Shown here: piece by piece, positions 1 through 7,632 of the stretch
Layout: every line of letters begins with the position of its first letter
Numbering within the stretch: position 1 is the stretch's first letter
Source of the DNA: a virus
Length of the DNA stretch: 64,000 bases
Direction: 5' to 3' (one strand)
Virus record (IMG/VR): IMGVR_UViG_3300028393_000022
Made by a program: the position numbers and the translations under genes
Notes under the pieces: generated by a model
What the model was told of the DNA's origin: nothing
Database searches by the model: none
Seen by the model: the letters and a program-made list of their open reading frames with translations, nothing else

Positions 1-351
1 AACAAGGTGTGGCGGAAGGCTCGGAACAAGAAAAACCAATCAAGAAAAGTGACTGGTTTGACCCAACTGATATGCGTAGCCCAGAAAAGCAAAAGGCTGC
101 TTACTTGAATCACTTAGCTGCTAAGAAAAAGAATAAAAATATCAAAGAACAAGGTGTGGTGGAAGGCGCTCCAGAACTATTGAAGAAAGAAATGCCAACA
201 CATCGTCATGCTGAAAAATTATTAGCACAAAATGGTGTAAGTAAAGACGATCCGGATTATCACCACCATCTTAATAACACAATAAAACATCTTCGTCAGT
301 TTGGTAACATTGATTTGATTAACAAGAGTGACGAGCAAGGTGTGGCGGAAG
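1..351 (+). repeat. Three dispersed ~18-20 bp direct repeats A(A/G)CAAGGTGTGG(C/T)GGAAG
   Basis: Copies at 1-20, 148-167 and 334-351. Confidence 0.85.
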
Positions 352-1148
352 AGTGGAGTAAAAAGTACAAGAGTAGTATCAACTGCTCACACCCAAAAGG
401 TTTCAGTCAGAAGGCTCACTGTGCCGGTAAGAAGAAACACAATGAAGATATGACAATGGAAACAGTATGTCCAGACTGTGGCATGTGCCAAACACATGGC
501 AATGTCATGGAAATCAAAAAAGGTGCCAAAGATAGTAATGGTTATACCAGTTGCTGGTCGGGTTATCATGCCGCAGGTACTAAGAAAAGTGCTACAACTG
601 GCAAGCAGGTAAGAAACTGTGTGCCCAATGAAGACGTAGCAGAAGATCACGAAATACAGATGGCATCAAGCGAATTACAAAGTATTGCCAAGAATGCCGA
701 AGCACTATTACACATGGTTCGTAAGTATAGTGAGCAACAAGGTCTAGATGCTTGGCAACAAAGCAAGATTACCAAAGCCGCAGACTATTTAAATGCTGTG
801 CTACAGGCTGTCAGTGGTGAGCAGACAGAATTAGAAGGTGTAGGCGTTCCATCATACGGCGTAGGCGGTTATCGCAATCGTGGTGATGATGAGAGACACG
901 ATCTAGATGATCCAGAACTACAACAAAATCGTCAAGAAGTCACATCTTACAATATCACCATCAACGGCAAACCTGTCAATCCTAAACCAATCTTTGGACG
1001 TAGTGCTACAATTGCATGGGGTAAGAGACAAGCGGCCGCAGGAATGGATCTTTCTAATGCAGTAATTTCTCCAGTTAGATATGAAGAAAGTGTTGATCCG
1101 TATTTTGAATCTTTAACCAATAAACTAGATCGACTAAAAAAAAAGTAA
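3..1148 (+). CDS. Modular, probably virion head/internal protein (5'-truncated by the window edge) with QGV(A/V)E linker repeats
   Basis: The frame is open from the window edge (CAA GGT GTG...). Short charged modules are separated by QGVAEG, QGVVEG and QGVAEE. It ends in LKKK* on an A9-G slippery run. Confidence 0.6.
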   Translation, partial: QGVAEGSEQEKPIKKSDWFDPTDMRSPEKQKAAYLNHLAAKKKNKNIKEQGVVEGAPELLKKEMPTHRHAEKLLAQNGVSKDDPDYHHHLNNTIKHLRQFGNIDLINKSDEQGVAEEWSKKYKSSINCSHPKGFSQKAHCAGKKKHNEDMTMETVCPDCGMCQTHGNVMEIKKGAKDSNGYTSCWSGYHAAGTKKSATTGKQVRNCVPNEDVAEDHEIQMASSELQSIAKNAEALLHMVRKYSEQQGLDAWQQSKITKAADYLNAVLQAVSGEQTELEGVGVPSYGVGGYRNRGDDERHDLDDPELQQNRQEVTSYNITINGKPVNPKPIFGRSATIAWGKRQAAAGMDLSNAVISPVRYEESVDPYFESLTNKLDRLKKK

Positions 1149-1318
1149 GTGAGCGTCAATTAGAACCAGAGATGGATTTAGACACTTGGAAAGACAACTT
1201 TCAGAAAGCTAATCCAAACAAGTATCGGCAGTTTAAAAATAAGACACCGCAAAAGAAAGACCAAATGGCAACAGCAGCATTGTACGCTGCAAGACAACCT
1301 AAAATTAAAACGAAATGA
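1145..1318 (+). CDS. 57-codon -1 frame ORF: frameshift extension of the upstream protein, or a small protein from ATG 1172
   Basis: Reads VSERQLEPEMDLDTWKDNFQKANPNKYRQFKNKTPQKKDQMATAALYAARQPKIKTK*, directly after A_AAA_AAG. Its stop overlaps the next ATG. Confidence 0.6.
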   Translation, partial: VSERQLEPEMDLDTWKDNFQKANPNKYRQFKNKTPQKKDQMATAALYAARQPKIKTK

Positions 1319-2004
1319 AATTTGCAGAGTTTGATCAATCAGATTACGAAATACACAATCTAACAAAGTTAGATGGTATATTGGTCAGGCTCTGTAAAAT
1401 GCTTATTGATTGTCGAAGGAAAGATCGTGAATATTACGGCATGGTTGCTGCCGCAGTGCTAGACCCAGATAATAATCTAGTTGCCAAAGTTAATTTCCCT
1501 CGTGACGGATTGCGTGTTCATGCCGAACGAGCAGCAATGGAAGCGTATGTTGAGAAGTATGGAGACATTCCAGAAGGCAGTATTATCCTTACTACCCTAA
1601 GTCCATGCAGTGAATTACACGATATAACGGCAGATGATAGATATGGTGAAAGTTGCACCAAACTAATTAATGATTCCATAGTACGCAAAGTATATTGCGG
1701 TTATATGGATCCTAGTCAAGGTGACGACGAACACGAAGAACGTGATTTTACTTTACAAGAAACAAACAATCAAGACATTAGAGAACTTTGCAAAAAGTTT
1801 GCTGACACATTTTTAAAAAATACAAATGAAAACTTTGCAGATGGACGTCATCCTGAAGACAAAGGTGACAGCAAACGACACGGCATCAATACCATGGCCA
1901 GTGTAAGTAGCCTGCGTAAGACTGCTAAACAAGGCGGACGCAAAGGACAACTAGCACATTGGTTAGCTAATATGAAGGCTGGTAGAGCCAAAAAGAACAA
2001 ATAG
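1315..2004 (+). CDS. Zn-dependent cytidine/dCMP/RibD-like deaminase with a basic C-terminal module
   Basis: HAE motif (VHAERAA), SPC with a displaced second Cys, and a RibD-like VYCGYMDP. Confidence 0.75.
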   Translation: MKFAEFDQSDYEIHNLTKLDGILVRLCKMLIDCRRKDREYYGMVAAAVLDPDNNLVAKVNFPRDGLRVHAERAAMEAYVEKYGDIPEGSIILTTLSPCSELHDITADDRYGESCTKLINDSIVRKVYCGYMDPSQGDDEHEERDFTLQETNNQDIRELCKKFADTFLKNTNENFADGRHPEDKGDSKRHGINTMASVSSLRKTAKQGGRKGQLAHWLANMKAGRAKKNK

Positions 2005-2128
2005 TCAAGCGTCGATTTACCTTTAAGCCACATTGGCTGTACTAAGAAAAAACAGGGAAAGTTCATAGTTAGGGGTCCTCGAATGCCCGGTTAACCACTT
2101 GACATGATATTTAACAATAAATATATCC

Positions 2129-2668
2129 ATGTATAACTTTATAAAACAACTACAAGAAGGTAGGGCAATTAAAAAATTAGAGCAGGTAGCCTTGCCCTAT
2201 ACTCGCGATGGCCTGGGTCGTAGTTTGAGTAAAAAAGCAATAGATTATCATTATGGTAAGTTATACAAGGGTTATGTAGATAGATTTAATGCTGGAGAGG
2301 GTGATCCAGACTTTAATGAAGCGGGCGCTTTCCTACACAGCATTTATTTTCCACAACTACAATCACCAAAAGGATCAAATGAGCCCGCTGGTAAATCTCT
2401 AGAATTTATCAATCAACATTTTAAAAGTTTTGATAAGTTTAAAGAAAAGTTTGAAAAGACTGCTATGGGCATACAGGGCAGCGGTTGGGCCTATCTTGCC
2501 CGGAACGGTGAGATTAAAACCATTGCCAATCACCAAATTAAAAATGATATTGTACTGCTGATAGATTGGTGGGAACATGCCATGTACGATTATCAAGCCG
2601 ATAAAAAAGGATATTTGAATAATCAGTGGAAAATTATAAATTGGAATATTATAGACGCTCGTTTGTAA
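2129..2668 (+). CDS. sod: Fe/Mn superoxide dismutase
   Basis: LPY, DYHYGK, AFLHSIYF, GSGWAYL and DWWEHA metal-ligand motifs. TAAATA at 2118-2123 upstream. Confidence 0.9.
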   Translation: MYNFIKQLQEGRAIKKLEQVALPYTRDGLGRSLSKKAIDYHYGKLYKGYVDRFNAGEGDPDFNEAGAFLHSIYFPQLQSPKGSNEPAGKSLEFINQHFKSFDKFKEKFEKTAMGIQGSGWAYLARNGEIKTIANHQIKNDIVLLIDWWEHAMYDYQADKKGYLNNQWKIINWNIIDARL

Positions 2669-3400
2669 TTAAGGAATTTCTCTGTTAAACTTCCATCCGT
2701 TTAACAAAAATTCTGATATTTTATCAGCAGGAACCATTTTAATAGGTATTCCTAGTTCGTCATTATGCATTCGGCGGCGGCCTTTGTTTGCATTACCAAT
2801 CTTTAATTTAGAATCATCTGATTGGGGATGGCTATGTCCTAACTTTGATTTAGAAATATTTTCACAATGTTGTCTAGTGCGGGGAGGTTTTGGTTTACCT
2901 TTAAGAATTTTAGACATATTTGCACGATATTCTTCGCTAGGAGTACCAAACTTTCTACCACGGTTCGCTCCTATCTGAACGCCTGTTGTACCTTTATTCC
3001 ACGGAATTTTGCCTTTCTGATTTTCTGAACGCATTTTACAAAATTCATTAGACATTTTTCTTCCTCTATTTGCGTCTCCAATTTTTTGTTTAGTAGCATC
3101 GGATAAAATATGCCCAACAGGTAATCCACCACCGTCCCCTACTTCGGGTTTTAAATTTGCCCACTCATCACTATCTACAATATTCCATAGGTTACTATAG
3201 TATTTTCCCCAATATTCAACCATTGCCGGATATTGACATTCTTTGAGTATTTCTGTAGTATAGTGTTTACCGTGCTTCTTTAGATGTAGTTTCCAATACT
3301 TGCCAGATCCAGGATACTTATGCGGATCTTTTGCTACAGTTTTGCCAAGGTATTTAAGCCCAGTTATTGTGTGGGTCTTTACATAGAGATAAGTAATCAT
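2669..3400 (-). CDS. Free-standing GIY-YIG homing endonuclease with NUMOD3-like repeats
   Basis: N-terminal YLYVK...KYLGKT and YPGSG. Repeated KIGDANRG, KIGNANKG and PWNKG DNA-binding motifs. Antisense to its neighbours. Confidence 0.85.
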   Translation of the reverse strand: MITYLYVKTHTITGLKYLGKTVAKDPHKYPGSGKYWKLHLKKHGKHYTTEILKECQYPAMVEYWGKYYSNLWNIVDSDEWANLKPEVGDGGGLPVGHILSDATKQKIGDANRGRKMSNEFCKMRSENQKGKIPWNKGTTGVQIGANRGRKFGTPSEEYRANMSKILKGKPKPPRTRQHCENISKSKLGHSHPQSDDSKLKIGNANKGRRRMHNDELGIPIKMVPADKISEFLLNGWKFNREIP

Positions 3401-3484
3401 GCTGGTAGTTCCTTTTAAATATTATACTATTAGAGCCAGTGGATCTTGCCGGATCGCGATTGGCACCTTTATTTATCAAAATAT

Positions 3485-3513
3485 TTGACACACTTACTTG
3501 TTTTGTATATACT
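3485..3513 (+). promoter_or_regulatory. Sigma70-type promoter
   Basis: TTGACA-17bp-TATACT. Confidence 0.8.
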
Positions 3514-3535
3514 ATTATTTTAATAAAGGAATTTT

Positions 3536-3805
3536 ATGAGTAAATCGTTTGGAGCACCTGAACAGGCCAAAATTAAACAAATCATTGCAGAAGGAGTTAC
3601 TGTATTATCTGAAATACAATCTCTTACTGAAGGTCTCAACGAAACTATTGCCGCAGTTGCCGAAGAATTGGAAGTCAAACCCAGTGTTATCCGCAAGGCA
3701 ATTAAAATTGCACAAAAGGATCAGTGGGATCAAGTATTCCGTGAATTTGACGATTTGGAAACTATTGTTGATATCGCAGGACACGCTAACCGACGCGAAG
3801 ATTAA
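3536..3805 (+). CDS. Small helical DNA-binding protein (T4 DsbA/GapR-like)
   Basis: 89 aa coiled coil with AEELEVKPSVIRKAIKIA pattern. SD AAGGA upstream. Confidence 0.5.
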   Translation: MSKSFGAPEQAKIKQIIAEGVTVLSEIQSLTEGLNETIAAVAEELEVKPSVIRKAIKIAQKDQWDQVFREFDDLETIVDIAGHANRRED

Positions 3806-4098
3806 TGCTTGAAATATTTAAACCAACATTAGAATGGATCAAAGATGACTTTAAATCTAACAGAGTTCGCTTTGCTATTGAGCTGCTTGCTTGGGCTATT
3901 AGTGTTGGTTGCAGTATTACTATGGCGGTCACAGTCCCTAATCCACCGCTTCTTACTCTTTATCCCATTTGGATCATTGGCTGTGCTATGTACGGTTGGG
4001 CTAGCTGGACTAGGAAATCTTTTGGCATGTTGGCTAACTATCTACTGCTAGTATCAATTGACAGCATAGGGCTGATCAGGATGCTAAATAATTTATAA
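3805..4098 (+). CDS. Small membrane protein
   Basis: About three hydrophobic segments; TAATG-coupled to the upstream gene. Confidence 0.6.
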   Translation: MLEIFKPTLEWIKDDFKSNRVRFAIELLAWAISVGCSITMAVTVPNPPLLTLYPIWIIGCAMYGWASWTRKSFGMLANYLLLVSIDSIGLIRMLNNL

Positions 4099-4102
4099 GT
4101 AT

Positions 4103-4161
4103 GGTACGATCAGCCACAAATGATCACAAGAACGGTCAGTGAGCCATAAATCACGAGGAGG
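4103..4161 (+). promoter_or_regulatory. Tandem stem-loops (loop GCCAYAAA) abutting the polymerase SD; candidate translational operator
   Basis: GATCA-GCCACAAA-TGATC at 4108-4125 and GTGA-GCCATAAA-TCAC at 4139-4154, followed by GAGGAGG. Confidence 0.55.
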
Positions 4162-4167
4162 AAAATT

Positions 4168-6840
4168 ATGAGCTATGTCGATGCCATGTGGGATCGCGAT
4201 AAGGACATTGTACATGTCGTTGAGCGAGATCCAAAGAAAGGCAGAATCTTTCAGGAGTTCCCTGCAAGATACACGTTTTATTACCCGGATCAACGGGGCA
4301 AATATAAATCAATCTATGGTGAAAACCTAAACAAAGTTGTCACAAGAAGTTTTAAAGACTTCCAGAAAGAACAACGAATCCACAGCAATCACAAGTTATA
4401 TGAATCCGATATTAACACGGTATTCAAGACGCTTGAGGAAAACTATCTCAATCACGAACCGCCAAAACTAAATGTAGCGTTTTTCGACATTGAGGTGGAC
4501 TTTGATCCAGAACGTGGCTATAGCACTCCCGAAGATGCTTTCATGCCAATTACCAGTATCGCAGTTCACCTACAATGGTTAGACACATTGGTTTGTTTTG
4601 CAGTACCGCCAAAGACATTGACCATGGCACAGGCACAAGAATTGATTAAGGATTTTCCCAATACAATACTGTTCGAAACTGAAGCAGAAATGTTAGATGC
4701 ATTTTTGGATATTATCCAAGATGCGGATATCCTAAGTGGATGGAATAGTGAAGGTTATGATATTCCATACACCGTTAATCGTGTCACTAAAGCACTAAGT
4801 AAAGAAGACACTCGAAGATTTTGTCTATGGGGTCAATTTCCTAAGAAGAGGGAGTACGAAAAGTATGGAAAAGCGGCTGTTACTTATGACCTGGTTGGTC
4901 GTGTTCATCTGGACAGTCTCGAGCTGTACCGCAAATATACATACGAAGAACGCCATACCTACAGGCTGGATGCCATTGGAGAAATGGAGGTAGGGGAGAC
5001 CAAGACGCAGTACGAAGGTACATTGGATCAACTTTACAATAATGATTTCCGTAAGTTTATCGAATACAACAGGCAGGATACTGCATTGTTGGACAAGCTA
5101 GATAAGAAATTAAAGTTCTTAGATCTAGCCAACACACTGGCACACGAATGTACTGTATTGCTACAAACTACAATGGGTGCTGTGGCTGTGACCGAACAGG
5201 CCATTGTAAATGAAGCACATCATCGTGGTTTAATTGTTCCCAATCGTGCCAAGCGTGATGAGGAAGCAAACAATCAAGCCGCAGGTGCTTATGTTGCATA
5301 TCCTAAAAAAGGTCTTCATGACTGGATCGGATCTATTGACATTAACTCACTATATCCAAGTGCAATTCGTGCCCTAAACATGGGTCCAGAGACTATTGTT
5401 GGACAGTTGAGACAGGACAGAACAGACCAATACATCCAAGAGCAGATGTTGGTGCATAAGAAGTCTTTTGCGGCAGCTTGGGAAGGCATATTTGGTAGCC
5501 TTGAGTACGAAGCAGTCATGCGGCGAGATAAAGCCTGGGAAATTACCATCGACTGGGAAAACGGTGAAAGTGATATTATGAGTGCAGCCGAATGTTATAG
5601 ACTAATATTCGAAAGCAATCAACCATGGATGCTCAGTGCCAATGGTACAATCTTTACCTACGAGCATGAAGGTATTATTCCGGGCTTGCTAAAGCGTTGG
5701 TATGCCGAACGTAAGGACATGCAGAAAAAACTAAAGGCCTGTATCGACGCTGGCAATAAGATTGAAGAAGAGTATTGGGACAAACGTCAGTTGGTTAAGA
5801 AAATTAACCTGAACAGTTTGTACGGTGCTATTCTTAACGCTGGTTGCCGATTCTTCGACAAACGTATCGGACAATCAACCACTCTAGTCGGTAGGCAAAT
5901 TGCCAAACACATGGCAGGCAAAGTAAATGAAATGATTACTGGCGAGTTTGATCACGTTGGTAAAAGTATTATCTACGGTGATACTGACTCATGTTATTTC
6001 TCTGCATACAATACACTAAAGACTGATATCCAAAAGAAATTGATTCCTTGGGACAAAGATGTTGTAGTGCAGTTGTATGATACCATTGCAGACAATGTCA
6101 ATGCAACTTTTCCAGACTTTATGTTAGATGCTTTTCACTGCCCTAAGAGTAGAGGTGAGGTTATTAAAGGTGGTCGTGAAATTGTTGCTATCAAAGGCCT
6201 GTTTATTACCAAGAAACGTTATGCTGTATTGTATTACGATAAAGATGGTAAGAGACAAGATGTAAACGGTAAGCCCGGTAAGATCAAGGCCATGGGATTA
6301 GATTTGAAACGCAGTGATACTCCAGAATTTATGCAAAAGTTTTTGGAAGAAGTATTAACCAAAGTTCTAAATAATGCTCAAGAAGAAGAAATTCTCGAAA
6401 TGATTACAGAATTTAGAACTGAGTTTAAGGCAAGACCTGGTTGGGAAAAAGGCAGTCCAAAACGTGCCAACAACATTGCTGAGTATCAAAAGAAAGAAGA
6501 AAAACAAGGCAAGGCCAATATGCCAGGACATGTCCGTGCCAGCATCAATTGGAATACGCTCAAACGTATGAATGGCGACAAGTACAGCATGGGCATTGTT
6601 GATGGTATGAAGGTCATTGTCTGTAAAGTCAAAGACAATCCATTAGGTTATACCAGTATTGCATATCCAGTAGATGAGATGCGATTGCCTAAATGGTTCC
6701 AAGATCTGCCATTCGATCATTCAGAAATGGAAACTACAATTATCAATAATAAACTTGATAACTTAATCGGTGTGTTGGAATGGGACTTAGAATCCACGAC
6801 ACAAAATAACACGTTCGGCAGTTTGTTCAGCTTTGACTAA
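4168..6840 (+). CDS. gp43: Family B DNA polymerase (T4 gp43-like)
   Basis: Exonuclease motifs FFDIEVD, GWNSEGYD and YNRQD. Polymerase motifs DINSLYPS, KINLNSLYG, YGDTDS and KKRY. Confidence 0.97.
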   Translation: MSYVDAMWDRDKDIVHVVERDPKKGRIFQEFPARYTFYYPDQRGKYKSIYGENLNKVVTRSFKDFQKEQRIHSNHKLYESDINTVFKTLEENYLNHEPPKLNVAFFDIEVDFDPERGYSTPEDAFMPITSIAVHLQWLDTLVCFAVPPKTLTMAQAQELIKDFPNTILFETEAEMLDAFLDIIQDADILSGWNSEGYDIPYTVNRVTKALSKEDTRRFCLWGQFPKKREYEKYGKAAVTYDLVGRVHLDSLELYRKYTYEERHTYRLDAIGEMEVGETKTQYEGTLDQLYNNDFRKFIEYNRQDTALLDKLDKKLKFLDLANTLAHECTVLLQTTMGAVAVTEQAIVNEAHHRGLIVPNRAKRDEEANNQAAGAYVAYPKKGLHDWIGSIDINSLYPSAIRALNMGPETIVGQLRQDRTDQYIQEQMLVHKKSFAAAWEGIFGSLEYEAVMRRDKAWEITIDWENGESDIMSAAECYRLIFESNQPWMLSANGTIFTYEHEGIIPGLLKRWYAERKDMQKKLKACIDAGNKIEEEYWDKRQLVKKINLNSLYGAILNAGCRFFDKRIGQSTTLVGRQIAKHMAGKVNEMITGEFDHVGKSIIYGDTDSCYFSAYNTLKTDIQKKLIPWDKDVVVQLYDTIADNVNATFPDFMLDAFHCPKSRGEVIKGGREIVAIKGLFITKKRYAVLYYDKDGKRQDVNGKPGKIKAMGLDLKRSDTPEFMQKFLEEVLTKVLNNAQEEEILEMITEFRTEFKARPGWEKGSPKRANNIAEYQKKEEKQGKANMPGHVRASINWNTLKRMNGDKYSMGIVDGMKVIVCKVKDNPLGYTSIAYPVDEMRLPKWFQDLPFDHSEMETTIINNKLDNLIGVLEWDLESTTQNNTFGSLFSFD

Positions 6841-6848
6841 AATATTTG

Positions 6849-6877
6849 TTGACAAACTACCTAAATCTAAATAAACT
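6849..6877 (+). promoter_or_regulatory. Sigma70-type promoter with an embedded TAAATA late element
   Basis: TTGACA-17bp-TAAACT; TAAATA at 6868-6873. Confidence 0.55.
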
Positions 6878-6895
6878 ATACAAAAGGATATTAAC

Positions 6896-7630
6896 ATGAA
6901 AGACATCTTACAAGACATCGTGAGTCATACTCACAACCTAGGCTTCCTGAACATTGTAAAAATTACAGGCGACGAAAGTTCTACAAAAATTGACTCAATG
7001 GCAGACGACAGAACTGTTGTTATGTTCGGAGAGGCAACTAATCCACAGCCAGAGATGGTCGGTGTGTTTGGCATGCCACAACTCAACAAATTGAAATACA
7101 ATTTGGAATGTCCTGAATACAAAGAGGACGCTAAGATTGAGTTGATGACTGCTGATCGCAACGGTGAAACTATTCCAGTTGGTCTTCACTTTGAAAATGC
7201 GGCAGGCGACTTTAAGAACGATTACCGTTTTATGAATAGTGAAATCATCAACGAAAAACTTAAGACTACCAAGTTCCGTGGTGTTAAGTGGGATGTTGAA
7301 GTTATTCCTACACAAAGTAGCGTACAGCGTTTTAGTTTCCAAGCGGCAGCTAACAGCGAACACGCAACTTTCCTTGCTAAGACAGACGGCGACAAGTTGA
7401 AATTTACTTTTGGTGATGCTAGCAGCCACGGTGGTGAGTTTATCTTTGCCACAGGTGTCACAGGCAACTTAAACAAAGGTTGGACTTGGCCAGTTGCTCC
7501 CATCTTGAGCATCTTGAAAATTGCAGATGTTAATAACACAACAATGAGCTTGTCTAATGAAGGTGCATTGCAAATTACATTAGACAGCGGCATTGCTACT
7601 TACAAGTACATCATTCCTGCACAGACATAA
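6896..7630 (+). CDS. Probable DNA sliding clamp (gp45/PCNA-like)
   Basis: 244 aa, acidic, alternating beta/alpha pattern, PCNA-like C-terminal YKYIIPA. Lies directly after the polymerase. Confidence 0.6.
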   Translation: MKDILQDIVSHTHNLGFLNIVKITGDESSTKIDSMADDRTVVMFGEATNPQPEMVGVFGMPQLNKLKYNLECPEYKEDAKIELMTADRNGETIPVGLHFENAAGDFKNDYRFMNSEIINEKLKTTKFRGVKWDVEVIPTQSSVQRFSFQAAANSEHATFLAKTDGDKLKFTFGDASSHGGEFIFATGVTGNLNKGWTWPVAPILSILKIADVNNTTMSLSNEGALQITLDSGIATYKYIIPAQT

Positions 7631-7632
7631 TA

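Noticed and set aside
1-351. CRISPR array
   Set aside because: The repeats are in-frame coding, irregularly spaced (about 150-190 bp) and non-palindromic, and there are no cas genes.
4103-4161. preQ1 riboswitch
   Set aside because: Tempting given the queE/dpdA context, but the stem and loop sequences and the missing A-rich 3' tail do not fit the preQ1-I consensus.
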